A stretch of 64,000 bases of DNA from Vermamoeba vermiformis (taxonomy: Eukaryota), in contig JBEWZL010000219.1 in NCBI GenBank assembly GCA_045837725.1, positions 186,001-250,000 on the forward strand, in the 5' to 3' direction. The notes under the pieces are model-generated. The model was not told the origin of the DNA and made no database searches. It saw only the letters and a list, made by a program, of their open reading frames with translations. Position 1 is the stretch's first letter, and every line of letters starts with the position of its first letter. The translations under genes and the position numbers were made by a program. This document shows positions 10,831-24,400 of the stretch, piece after piece.

Positions 10831-13800
10831 ATGGAGAACGACCGCAGATCAATGTCCCCAGGTCGAGAAAAACGAGTTCGCGTAGTGAATCATCGAGACT
10901 ATGGCAAGTTAAGCACCAAGTCACCGCGACTGACGAGCAAAGGAGATCGGACTTTACGGGATTTGCTGCGCGACTTCGCAACGGACAAACGAGCTTTCAT
11001 CAACACCTCCACTATTTTAGTAGACGTAAGTAATATGACAACAATTTTTGTCGCACAACCTTCTGTTTATTCTCAACGTACAATTAATTTTTGTTGTACC
11101 AATTTGGATTCCGTTTTGAAAATTATTAATTGTATTGTATGCAGCTTTATATGATCCCGATTAAGGCCAGAAAAATATTAAACGATAGGGAAACTGAAGA
11201 GATGTTCTGCAACATCCGTCAAATTATTGCTGCTGAACAACAAGCGTTGAAAGTCGTCGAGGAAGAGCTCCACGGCGATGAAGCTGATGTAATTAGCATA
11301 ATTAAAGGGATGGTAAGGTTAAAGTTTTATAATAAGGAGCTAGCGGACGGAGTTAATTTTTGGTTTCAGCTGGAGAATCTGAACATTTTTGGAACGTACT
11401 GCCGAAACTTACCCAAAGCAATGTCATTGTTAGTTTGGTACCGCAAGATACCTACATTCGTCGAGTTCGAGAAGGTATGCATAGTTGCAGCTATTTTTTT
11501 TAAAAATAGCATTGGATGTTGATCTTTCTTTGGCAGAATCGGTTACAGGCGAGCACTCTAGGCCTCGATAACTTATTGACTTACCCCTTCGAACAAATCA
11601 AAAGATACGACCGGATTCTAGCTGTACGTCGAACGCTACAAACCTAAACACGATCTTAACGTCTCGATCTAGGACTGGGTGCCATTCTTTCGCTCAACAG
11701 ATTTATACCCTGAATTTGAAGTCAGTCGTTCGCGTATATTAGATTATATCGACGATTTGAGAAAACAAGTTGATGGGCTCATTGACAAGCAAAAAGTGGT
11801 GGACATTATTGCAACAATAGATCCGAGCAGCATTAACTGCGAGGTAAGTTCATCGCTTTGACTAGCCACACAATACTAACTGCTTGTGCAATCAGCTCAG
11901 TACCCCTACAACAACATTCGTGAAAGAGGGTGTAGTCCACGTGCTCGTTAAACAGCTGTTCATCTCGAAGAAAGAGAAGAGTTCGACGAAAGTGAAATTT
12001 TCAAAAAAGCCCGAAGAGGTGTTGATCTACTTGTTCAGCGACTCTATTATAGTGCTCAGACGCAAGAAGAATAAGAACAACAAGAAGAAGAGGCCTGTCG
12101 AGTTGTACGATAACAAGCTGCTCGCGCGCATTCCACTGGCCACGAGTAGATTCATCATCGTAAGTGATGCGACGGCACAAAAAGTGTTGCAGTTTGTGCA
12201 CGACGGTCTGTCGTATGCATTCTTGTTCGACAATGAGCGCGTGTGGCGTGATTGGCAGAAGAAGATTAAAGCGCAGGTCAAAGAGTCGATGAAGAAGAAG
12301 ATCCAAAAAGACAAAGATCACCCGATTTTGCCTAAATGTAAGAACAACAGTCACAATATCTAGTACTGACTAAGTATAGCTGCGAGAATGAGTAAGCGCG
12401 GAGTTGAATGGGCCAAGAAGTATCACACCATGGACACTCCGCAACAGCCCATAGTCAAGTACGATCGACTCTCGTTTGGTACTATTTATTAATAGTGTTT
12501 ATAGAACTGAAGTGGCTGAAGTCCCAAAGACGCCTCGAAATTCGGAATTTCAGAACCAAACTCTGTTTCAGTTCAAACACCGCACAACGAGCTTCAACAG
12601 TGTCGTGAAGAACGATGTCAAAGTAGTCTCGCACGCCACGCCGCAGAGCAAAAAGCGCCACCGCGATAGCACATTTGAAGTTGTCTTGAGACCACGTGCC
12701 TTCACCATCGCCTCAACAGAGTACTCCATTGTGCCGGGTGCGTGTTGCAATGTGCTGCGTATTGAGTACTAATGAGTGGTCCGCAGAGTCATTTCCAGTT
12801 GTAGAAGAGCCAGAGTTTGGCAGCACGAGCTTTAACTCGTTGAAATGGGCGAAGGTGTTGAACGTTGACACTGACTCACCTGTTAACACGCCACCTGTTT
12901 CCCCAAGCGAATCAAAGAGTCTCATGTCCCCTCGCATATCAGAGCTTGTCAAAAAGTTCTCTTCCGATTTGACTTCAGAGTGCTTCTCCACGCAACAACG
13001 AGAACAACACGAATGTCACTGATGTGAAGTCGGCACTGTCCCTCCCTGCACTAGCCAATGCAAGCACAAATCCAATCGATGCATTGTCTCCGCGATCATT
13101 GAGCAATCTCTATCGACCCGAGTCTATATCCCCGAGAAGTCGAGGTGCTCAAGTGACAGCTCCAGTGGAGAAACGACCTGCCTCACCACCCCGACCTTCC
13201 GTTGAATCGGATCCAAAGCCTGAGCACAAAAATTTGCCAGAGAGCAAGCCAGAGGAACCTAGCCGAGGAGTGAATACCACGACTGAGTCTCCGCTGGGTG
13301 CAAGAAAGCTGCTGGGTAGATCGGGCTCTATCATGATTGGCGGACGATCGAATTTGATCAACACTGGATCCAACACTAGCAGCAGCAACTCAACGCCAAA
13401 GATCTCACCTCGCAGCACAACAGACCCTTCACTCAACACAGAGGCTGTCAACGAAGCAGGAAGTAACAGTGCCAGTGTCTCATCGCCTTCACTCTCACGC
13501 GGTTGGACAAGAGTGGGAAGCAGTGGAAATTTGAACACTAGTGGCTCTGTTGAACAAAAAGGTGAAGAACAGCGACGAGCACTCGCAAGCAGTGATTGGC
13601 ACACGAGGTTCAAGCTCTCCGCGCGCTGATGCCGAGGGAAATAACAACAACTTAGTTTCACCTCGCGAGGACAAACTGCACAACATTGATGCCTCATTAA
13701 AGAGCGATATTGATAGTAAGTTAAATGATTTTTATTGGACAACATTCCGTGCAATTAGTAACAATCTCCGCAGATTTCGATTACGACCCCGATTGGCAGT

Positions 13801-14330
13801 TCGGATTCACGCAAGACGGACGATTGTACTATTACAACACCAAACTCAATCAGCGCACTTGGGAACGACCCAAAAACATAATGCCCAATCCCATTCTCGA
13901 TGACGTCAATGCACCGCACAACTGGCGCGAGATGTTTTCACCGCAGGGCTATGTCTATTACCTCAATGTGGTCACCAAGCAGACGAGTTGGTTCCGCACC
14001 TACTTGCCCGCACAGCACGCGCAGCTCTTGTCGTACTACAACTCACTCTTGCTCTCAGCACTGCGCAACAAACGAGCGGAGAACGGGGCCACGAGTCCCC
14101 TCGCGAGTCCCAAGGCGAGTGACCAGTTGCTGGACTCGCAGTGGAAGGAGGTGGTGTCGCCTGATGGACGGCGATTCTACTTCAATGAATTGACACAGAC
14201 TGCATCGTGGAACCCTCCAACGAATTCCAATCTACTGAACTTGACTGCGCTGTCTCAAACAAACTCGATTTTCAGTCCAGCCAAGGACGAGGACGAGAAG
14301 AAGTTGAAACGAAAGAAGAGCAAAGCTTAG
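10831..14330 (+). CDS. RhoGEF with DH and PH domains, Ser/Pro-rich linker and three WW domains (two apparent +1 frameshifts in the linker)
   Basis: DH: LLRDFATDKRAFI...LYMIPI...MFCNIRQI...YCRNLPKA...LDNLLTYPFEQIKRY. PH: FVKEG...IYLFSDSII...VWRDWQKKI. WW repeats WQFGFTQDGRLYYYNT...TWERP, WREMFSPQGYVYYLN...TSW, WKEVVSPDGRRFYFN...SWNPP. Confidence 0.88.
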
Positions 14331-14900
14331 GCGAACGTGTACATAAAGATAAATAAGTAATCGTTAAATACAAACTTACCATACAAAATTCGCTTGAAGG
14401 CCGATTATCTGACGCGCACAAAGAAGAAAATCTATCCAGACTCGCCTTAATAAATACGTAAAACTGCGTGACAAGCGTAGATCTTGCTCTTTCCTATCAC
14501 TAATAATTAGTTCTAAATTCGTTAAATAATTATTACCACAGCAAAATATACAAAGCAAAAACCAAATGTTGGTTTTCTGCTCCTCACAAGAAAATTGCGG
14601 CTGGTTCTTTTCTTGACAGGCCGTATTTCCTCCACGACGCGTTCAAACAAAGGAAGTTTCGGTCAATATTCATCTTATTATAGTCACTCTTGTCCACTCC
14701 GCTGCTCGTTGTTAGGAATTAGTGTTCCGGTGACTTCTCCGCTTCTTTTGGCATTTTTGGGCAGTAAAATTCTTGAAGCAAATTACACTTATTGCACGTC
14801 AAGATTCAAAAATTAACAACAAAACCGACACCCATGATTTTGTATTTGTAATAGCATCGACACAACTGCAGTATCACAACTATTAGATCAGAACAAGCAG

Positions 14901-17601
14901 ATGGCAGACAAATCACACAAAAAGCATAAAGATAAAAGTAAGTATAGCATTATTAGTATTAATATTAAATATCTTGCATAATTCTCGTGTAATCAAGCAA
15001 AGGGAGAATTCCGATCACCGTTTCAGTCCTGTTATTTATAATTGCGCATATTTCAATATATCCGCGCTACTTTAATTATATATAAAAATAGTTGATTAAT
15101 AATTGCAAAGATATTTGGGTCAATAATCGACACCAAATTTATTTTCCGATCAATAGGTACCCGCCTTTTCGTTTAGAATATTATTCAATTACTATTACAA
15201 TGTATTTAAGCATCTTTAGCTCTAGTATGGAATTACGCTTTATCTTATTCCCTTTCTTATCGCTGCTTCGTGAAAACTTTTAGGTGATCAAAGACGATCT
15301 CCGAAAACTATTGATTCTTGAACGAATAACTCGATCATGAATGATCATCGCATAGATCCACCTTACCTCTAATATCTTTCTTAAATAATTCTAACCGCAG
15401 ACAAATATTATAAAATAGGATCGGATGTTATCCTTTTTACGTTGATCCGAGCAAAATCTTTTCTCATACGATTAAATGATCTAAATCATAGGACAAAACA
15501 CGGGTAGATCATGTTTGTTAATATTTCTAAATATAGGTTCGAAAGACAAATCCAACCGAGACTCCAGAACCATCAAGACCGACTCACCTCGCCACTCGGT
15601 GCACGAAAACAACCACAAAGAGCACACGAGAGACCACTCTAACCATAAAGAGCCCAAAGACAATGCTTTACGACGCACCGACAGTGATCTAAATTCCGGC
15701 GTGCCAGATCTAGTTAGCCCACGAGGTATTTCTCAATTATTATACTCATTTATACTACCCGATATATACGCTATTGTTAGCTTGGGCTTGCGGTTTCATG
15801 AAATCATAGATATTCAACTAAAAGTGACACGTGACGCCTGACATTTGCCAAATAAGTCGCTTGAGCTGATTTTTGATTCACAGAATCTAAGCGAACGGAG
15901 AGAGAACGCAAGCACAAAGAGCACCACAAGGACCGCGAGCACCATCACAAGGACAAGGATCGCGAGCACCGAGACAAAGAGCACAAAAAAGTTTCGAGTC
16001 CGCGACGTCATGCCACGGAGTCGGTTACAGTGCAACAACGCGAACAAGAGCACGTGATCAATGTGACGAATAAGGACGACGATTACAGCGAGGTCACGAT
16101 CAGCAACTACTATACACCCAATGGCAACAACACCGCCCCAGCGCTGGATGGCTTCATCGTGAAGAGCACTGACTTGTCCAGTCCGCGTCACGACTCTGCC
16201 ATTGCGATTCCAAAGCGCGTTGAGTCTGACAGCGATGTTTACTCGAGTCAAGTCAACTCACCGCTTGTCTCTTCGGGCACCAAGGTAACGCTAACAGAGT
16301 CGATTGCGTACAATGCTCACGGGCTGTTTAGTCCTTACAGAGTTCAGCAAGTCCACCAGGGATGCATTCACTGGCCTCCTCAGGGGTGTCTGAAAGTGAA
16401 CCAGGCCGCGCGCTGCCAGAGATTGAATGGAAAGAACTCGTGCTGGACTTGGAGAACGTGCTGGGAACCGGTGCATTTGTGAGTACCGCCATGCATTGTG
16501 AATCGTGTGCTCATACTGCAATAATAGGGAATTGTGTATAAAGCCAAGTGGCGAGGAGCAACAGTCGCAGTGAAGCAGTTGAAGGGCATTGATGCGGAGA
16601 ACTTGGAACACTTCAAACGCGAAGCTCGTATCATGCAGTAAGTGTCAAAGTGTCAAAATATTCATCAATCGATCTCACCACTCATCAACAGCAAAATTGG
16701 CAATCACCCCAACATTGTGCGCCTGTGTGGTATCTGTACCGAGCCCGGCTTATATGCCATTGTCACCCCTTGTTACAAACACGGTAAGTTGAAATAAGCG
16801 TGTCAGTCAGCGAGCTAATTGTCCAATCAGGTTCTGTGCACGATCAAATTGTGAAGAACAAAGTCAAGTTGGAGTGGCATCAAATCGTTAAAATTGCACG
16901 TGACGCGGCAGCAGGTACGGCACTAAATACATCCTCGTGAGCGCTTGATGACTTACACTTGACAGGTGTCTATCACTTGCACTGCGAGCGATTCATACAT
17001 CGTGACATTGCAGCGCGCAATGTGTTGTTAGACGATCAGTGGAATGCCATGGTGTCAGACTTCTCGCTCTCACGCATTCTGTCACCGGGCATGGCTGGAC
17101 ACAAAACTGTTTCTGCGTTTGGACCCATCAAATGGATGCCACCAGAGGCTCTTCTTCATCAGCATTACTCGTCCAAATCTGACGCGTATTCATTCGGCAT
17201 ATTCTTGTGGGAATTGGTGCGTGATCAAATTGATTCTATCAGTGGCACTTGCATTCATACTAACTTGATATCATCTTCAGTACTATCGCGATGATCCATA
17301 CAATGGCATGAAGGCCATCGAGGTCATACCACGCGTGTTGAAGGGAGAGCGGCCACAGATCACTGAGAACTGTGACCCGTTGTTCAAACAGCTGATGGAG
17401 CAGTGTTGGCTCGAAGATCCAGAGAAGCGTCCGTCCTTCCGCCACATTGTAGACTTACTCGACAACTACTACGAGGAGCTGTTGCACCACATGACGCGCA
17501 ATGCCTCGTCGAGTCCGCAAGGCACCGCTAGTCCCATTACAAGTCCTTCAAACAGCTCTGGCAACAACAGCAATGGCAGTGTGAGCAGTCTCAACTCGTG
17601 A
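14901..17601 (+). CDS. TKL/tyrosine-kinase-like protein kinase with a His/Lys/Asp-rich N-terminus
   Basis: Spliced GTGAFGIVYKAKWRG, VAVKQL, HPNIVRLCG, HRDIAARNVLL, DFSLSR, GPIKWMPPE, SDAYSFG, CWLEDPEKRPSF. Confidence 0.93.
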
Positions 17602-17779
17602 GCTTTGTTCCAATTTTGAATGTGTTTTTGGACGGCAAAGCATCGTCATAGCCCTAATCTCTGTAATTATAACGCGAATTGTAAAAAATAAATCTTGTAA
17701 ATCTTGTCAGCACGTGGCATCAAAGTCAGATTTTTGTTGCTTATACCTTTCAAATACTAATACTTGACAACAGCACAAC

Positions 17780-18340
17780 ATGTCCATTTATTTCAAGCAA
17801 GACAAAGTCGAAACATCGCTCAAGGGTTACGAGGTTCGTTTTGTTGCACTCGAACAGATCTGTTTGGATTATTTATTAATTTTAATTATATCTGTACAGC
17901 GTGATGACTCTGAAGACGTTTGGGACACTGATCCGTAAGCGTAATCGCTACCAAATTAATTCCGAAATTGACTGATAATTCTTCTCGCAGTAATTACGTC
18001 AACAATGTGTCTGAAAAGGAGCAAAGGTATTGATAACTATAAAATAATAGTTGATTGCCTCAAAGCAATGTGGGATCCGCCTAAAATTTCATAATCTCGC
18101 CTATTTTACCTATTCTAATCATTTATTAGAATGGGTTCAGCATTGATTAAGCCCACTGAAGATATGGGCGCTATTAACTTGGCTGAACTGCGCAAGGAGA
18201 CGCATCAGGCTGTTGACGAGTCTAGGTAACTAACTGCAGTCTTCTTGTTTATGTAACTAGCACTACTAACGAATATTCATATTATACATAGACAACAGAA
18301 CCTGCATCCTTCGCAAAAGCATACTTACGGCTCAAAATAA
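17780..18340 (+). CDS. 89-aa protein consisting only of a cortactin/HS1 N-terminal acidic (NTA)-like module
   Basis: Five GT-AG exons (17780-17833, 17900-17934, 17991-18026, 18130-18225, 18292-18340; 270 nt) give MSIYFKQDKVETSLKGYERDDSEDVWDTDPNYVNNVSEKEQRMGSALIKPTEDMGAINLAELRKETHQAVDESRQQNLHPSQKHTYGSK*. This matches cortactin [21 protein letters not shown]...INIHKLR...SHGYGGK. Confidence 0.85.
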
Positions 18341-18507
18341 CTAAGTTTACCCACTCACCTGATCCGTATTTTGTAGCAATAAATCCAATGGAGTTAATAA
18401 TCGCATATAATTGCCCTTGTTACAAAAAATAATACGAATGTTGGTCAACTCAATCAGTTTCTAGTAGCGTGTCAATTTCAAAGGCAATTTCCACCTTCCA
18501 GCGACAG

Positions 18508-19944
18508 ATGAACAGAACACTCGTTTCAAGTCTGTTTCGCCGTGCCTTTGTAACCAAGAAATTTACTTCTCTAAAGCCACTCACTCGCTGTTATTCAAGT
18601 AAGTTTGAATGCTCGATTGGATCGGTCGCACAACATTGAAAAAATATTACAAAAAATACCAATAAATATTCTGAAATTTATTGAAGTCATATTGATGTTG
18701 AGAAGATCAGGAAGGTTTTTGTAATAAAAATATTTTCCTTTCAGAGGCCCGTTCAATGGACTACAAAACTCGACCGAGCAATATCATAGCCCTGGGCCAG
18801 CTGTGCTCCACCTCAAATATCGATGAAAATTACAATCAATGCGAGTGGCTGGCAGAACGTGCCAAACAGAGCAATGCGAAGATGTTGTGTTTGCCGGGTA
18901 CGTACCAGACCGTGCACTGCATGACTGAGCACGTGACTTACACTTTCTTAATATAGAATGCTTCGCGTACATGGCTGAACAAGACGGTGATTCGTACAAG
19001 AACTCTGAGTACCTGCACGACGGCAAGAACTTGGCACGATACAAAGGTATGGAGGATCTAGTGGCGATCACAGTATAGATATTCATGAATGGATTAGATC
19101 TCGCGAGGAGATTAGGACTGTGGATGTCATTGGGAGGATTCCACGAGCGATCAGACGTTGAGGGCAAAGTGTTCAACTCGCATCTGATCCTGAACGACCG
19201 CGGCGAGATCGTGACTGTGTACCGCAAGATTCACATGTTCAAAGTGAGCATTGCTAACGGACCCAACTTGGACGAGAACAAGTCCACGCAAGCTGGTGAT
19301 GTAAGTCGCAATTCAATATGATTGGTGGCTTTATGCTCATTGTATTCCACTTAGCAACTAGTGCTCGTCGACACACCACTCGGCAAGATTGGACTGACGA
19401 CGTGTTACGATCTCAGGTCAGTAGTAGCAGTGCTCGTCATTGACGCGCGATTGATTGTGCGTGCAGATTTCCAGAGCTGTATTTAGCACTGTCCAAGTCA
19501 GGAGCACAAATCATATTGGTGCCATCAGGTAGACTACAACAATGTACTATTGTATGCGCTCGCTTATTCACATCTTATCCAGCCTTCACCTTGATGACGG
19601 GCAAAGCACATTGGGAGCCGTTGTTGCGTGCTCGAGCCATTGAAAATCAAGTGTACATGGTGGCTGCAGCACAAGTCGGCACGCACAATCCCAAGCGAGT
19701 GTCGTTCGGTCACAGTCTCGTCGTAGATCCGTGGTATGTCGGCAATAACTTTACTAGTGCAGTATTAACATGAGGGCTATACAGGGGCACTGTCGTGGGC
19801 AATGCATCGGACAAGTACCCCGAGCTCGTGTTGGCAGACTTGGACTTGAGTTACATCGAACAAGTGCGACAGAGCATTCCAGTCAGCACGCATCGCAAGC
19901 CTCACGTGTACGGTGAGATCTTGACCGCGGATAAGACCAAATAA
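18508..19944 (+). CDS. NIT1: Nitrilase-family deaminated glutathione amidase (NIT1-like)
   Basis: Triad motifs [54 protein letters not shown]; mitochondrial-type presequence in exon 1. Confidence 0.92.
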
Positions 19945-20153
19945 ACGCGTGTAAATAGCTCTGTACCGGTACAGTAGTTCAATTGCGTGTCTTGCTCGGC
20001 TTCCATCGTCCAAACTTGACTTCGCGCACAGAGAACTGCGATAAATTTGATAAAATCTCGTTGTATTGCTCGTCAGTGGCATTAGTACCCGGCGGTGACA
20101 CGTTTGCAGGCCAAATGACATAGCACAATAACAGACCCTGAATAGTACCCGTG

Positions 20154-21056
20154 TTACAACTGTAGTAGAGTGATTTGCACGGCGATTTGACTTACTTTCT
20201 TAACAGTCTCAGAGACACGGTTCAAATTGTTCAACAACATCCACGTCACTGGTGGCTTGGCATGCTCTTGACACGTGTCACTGGCGCGTGTCGAACCATC
20301 ATTGTTCGTCTGCATCACCCTCTTGCTTGACGTCATATTCAGCGAGCACTCTGACGCCAAATCTAAACGTGTGTAAACAAGCATGTTCGAGCCAATGTCT
20401 CGCACTTACTCTGCGTGCACTACTTGCGGCGAGTCTTCGTAGATCAAGAAGTCGACGCCGTACTTGATGCCTGACTTGACAATCCAACCGCGCGATCGAT
20501 AGAAGTGATACGCTGCGTAGTGAGTGATGAACTGCGCATCTGATCGGCAGCACAATGGCCAGAGGTCTGCTGCTGTTGTAATGCTCTGAATAATTTATTA
20601 GAGCTGCGTTATAAAATTAATTATTCTTCATAATGCAATTTTCATTGGCAGTGAAGAGATAATTATTTAAAAAAATATTTTACCTGATCTCCACGCTTTA
20701 TCAGCAGTTTGTTTTCAAAACAATTGAGTATAAAAAATGAATCATATAAATTAAGTTGCAGCGGCTCGACAAAGCCTTCAGGCAAGGAGACAGGTGTATT
20801 TCCAGACTGATCCGTTTTTGGCTTCTTTCGTCGGTGGAATTTTGCATCGTGTACTATTATTATTATTTTCTATAAATGTTGGTTTGGTTCTAGACAGTAT
20901 CCCTTTGCCAAACGCGCCACTTCCGAACAGCTTCTCAATCTGATCTTTGTCAATAATCCACACGTGATTGTCGTGCCATTCGCCTTCGAATACTACGTCA
21001 CTGTCATTTAATAGCGTAATAGAGCACAGAGGGCGCTCTTGTGTTGTTTTGTACAT
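20154..21056 (-). CDS. TSEN2: tRNA-splicing endonuclease catalytic subunit Sen2
   Basis: LFGSGAFGKGILSR; YAAYHFYRSRGWIVKSGIKYGVDFLIY...HAE; RVSETVKK. The catalytic Tyr, His and Lys are present. Confidence 0.92.
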
Positions 21057-21488
21057 TGTTTGGTGTGTTTGAAATTTTGAATTTCTCGGGGCATGGCAGT
21101 CTTCTCGCCTGAGCAGTACGTTAAACATATGAACGCACCTCTTTAATCAACAAATCTCATCTTAAGCCAAATTCTCAGCTCCAGATAATAAATACTTTGG
21201 ATTTTCTATATTTGGAAAGAGGTATCTCGTCACGCGCCAGATCGACGTAACTGAACACTCAACGGTTCGAACATGGCTGGTCGACTGCTTGCTCTTGTGG
21301 GCCACAACCTGTTCAAAATTTAATATGGAGTGAATTCACTGCTTTTTTGACAACCGCGAAAATTTCTTGCTTTTTGATTTTGGTTTAATTAATGTAACTT
21401 ACAGGCACGAACAAACACAAACACAGAACCTTTTGGTATTCAAATATACATTCAATAGCTATTTAGAGAAAAAGTTCGCCTTGTCAAA

Positions 21489-24400
21489 ATGGATGCGGAT
21501 GAGCTTTCAATAACGACAGGAGCCAAGCGAAAGCGAACAACAACAGTATCTTTAGCATGCACCAATTGCAGATCAAAACACGCTAAATGTAATTAACAGT
21601 CAATGCGATGCACGCTTGATTATGATCAGATCCGACACCCGACAATTGAAATTCACGCAATTAAATACCCGATGACATTATTTAAAATACATTACAATTT
21701 GATTAGGAGGATGATTATTAATAATCATCGATAAATAACTGCTACACGGAAATATTTTTAAATTTTTGAAAATTTAACCTCAGGATCTGCTCTATAGTTA
21801 GCTGCACAGCTCAATATATCGCTAATATACCATTATAACGAAAATATGTCTAATCTTTTCGGATCTAGGCGATGGAACGGTTCCCTGCACCAGATGCATC
21901 AAGAAAGGCCTGTCAGCGACATGTTCATTCGAAAGACCTGAAAAACGACGTGGACCAGCAGCAGGTAATTAATGTTTCAATATTAATATGAATTAATTCG
22001 CGATTACGTGGCTGTTTAGTAGATGACGGAGAAAAGGTGAAATTTTCCGCGTATTAACTTAAAATATCGAAAATGCACGCATCGACTAAGACATTTAATT
22101 ATTATTCGAGTTTATTCGTTGAAAATTGCACTTCGACGTCGATCTTCCGCAAGTAACAAAGTTGTTACGGAACTTTTTGTCGTAACAGCTTTATTACCGG
22201 AAATTATTCGCCGTTGCAGATATTGATTCAATTTACTATTTTAACAAATAATATTGTTATATGCGTACAATCGCCTTAATTTTTGCTGTCAAATTGGAGC
22301 GAGCGGTTTAAAATCGTTGCGCACTTTAATTCTTATTTCGAATTTTTATCACTAATTAATTGATAATGCGCGCCATATGTGTGATAATAGAATGGCAGCA
22401 CTAACGTACCTTTTGTTCCTCAGGTCAAATGGAAGACATGCGCAAGATGGTGCAGTACTTGCAAGAACAGCTCAACAAACAGTCGCAGACCGCATTCGAA
22501 TGGGAGACTCGCTACAAAATGTTGGAGCAACAGAGTTCTGTAAGTACTATATGGTAGACTCGACAAATATAGGACTGCAGATATTTTTTAATGGCAATTT
22601 GTTGCTGTAATTGGCGTGTCCCTGTCGTAGAATTGTTTTTACGCAGCGAGACAGTTATTGACACGTGTCATTCGATCACCAGACCACAGACCTGCGACGC
22701 GGTGCAGAACTCGCGATATCGTATTCGATGTACGACTACTTGCACAAATATCAAGAGTACGTGCAGCCATTCATGCGCGTCAAACCACCGTACACGGACA
22801 TCAAAGTGCTGAACGATCCCAAGAGTGCGTGTTGAACATTGTTAATGCTGTTGTTGCACGAGGACTAATCTATTGTCATCGCAGTTGATCCGTTGAAAGT
22901 GACGCTGATGAGCAGCATATTCTCCATTGGCGCTACTATATTTGGAAATGTTGCTCACGCGCAAGAATTCCGCAACAAAGCGCGGCAAAATCTGATGGTG
23001 ATGTTCGACGTGACACATCCTGTCCTGGCAGCCATCAATCAGCTGCTGAGCAAATCATTCTTAGCTGCGGGTGAATTCGAGAAGGTATGGAAGCAGGTCA
23101 TAGTCAATAATATATTACGTACTAATCACGGTTGTACAGTCGCAATATTACAATTCAGTCTCGCAGACAATGTCCGAAGTCATTCTGCAGCGCATGAACA
23201 CGACAGAGTACGAGGGCATTGATCTCGATCACGTGTACAGCGTGTCCATGCTCACCACTGCCAAATTCACCCTCGATCTGTGAGTCTTCTCGGTGTCATT
23301 CGGTAATAATATCATTGCTCATCTATTCTTGCACAGTGACGCACAAATGCGCATAATGAACGAGTTGTGGGAGCGCACGTTCAAGAAGTTCGAGTCGGGT
23401 GAATTAGAACAAGACCGCGTGTCGTTCTTGGGCGGCATATTGATGGGCAGACTGTGGGTCGAAGTGACCATTGAGCTGATGAAGATGCGCATTGAGTTCG
23501 ACAAAAAACATCCGAATATACCTCGTGGCACCGTGCCAACAGTGCGGCCACTGTACCCCGGTGAAATGGGCTTGGAGTACCGAGCAGTGGTACCCACGCC
23601 GAGTCAATTGTTGCCTGAGGCCTCCATGCAGCGCTATCTCGGCATGATTCAACAAGCTGCCATCTATCACTCGCAGTCCAAGATTGCTGCCACGTAAGGA
23701 CACTCTCATTGGTGCTGCAAATAGGCTAACTCAGATTAATAGCTCGCACATTGGAGCCATGTTGCAAATCACCAAGGCATGGATCTACTTGTTCGGTGGG
23801 TTCTACGACCTCGCGGAGAAGTTAGCGGACGAAGCATTCATTACTTCACAAGCCAAAGAGACCTTCGCACCATTCTCGTTGGGCACAAGTTGTATTTTAG
23901 GCCAGATCTACATCTACTTGAAGAAAATGAACAAGTTTGATGTCGTTGCGGCCAATTTGAAGGTGCAGGCTGAGTACTCGGGTCTGGCGCAAATGATGTA
24001 CGAGAAGTTGCAAGATTTGGCTGCAGAACAGAAGAAACTCTGGGAGAGGTACGTCTTGAGGTTTTAATGTTGATTTCATTTGTCCTGACCTCGTGGTAGT
24101 GGTTATGAATTTGAGCCGAGTGTGTTCGTCAACAACGTGGCACGCATCGTGTTCAGTCCCGTGGGCTTACCTGGTCGTCGCATGACATTTGAAGGCCAGC
24201 ACTACTCACTGAGTGGCACTGCAGCCATCAACAAAATGATCTCGGCCATGACTGAGCGCACACCCATAGCACTCGAAGAAGACAACAAAGTGATGGCTGC
24301 AATGAGCATGACCACCGATCCATTCGCACTCGAGATTGGACTCTATGCAAATGATAGTCCGCCACAACAGTCCAGCGCTGAGAGTCACGACGAGAAAGAA

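Noticed and set aside
15905-15990. Short direct repeats (cgcgagcacc, cacaag)
   Set aside because: They encode the KDREH-type low-complexity region of the kinase; there is no spacer-repeat organisation, so not CRISPR-like.
21255-21295. tRNA-like GGTTCGAA box next to the SEN2 gene
   Set aside because: No T-arm stem, D-arm or acceptor stem could be formed.
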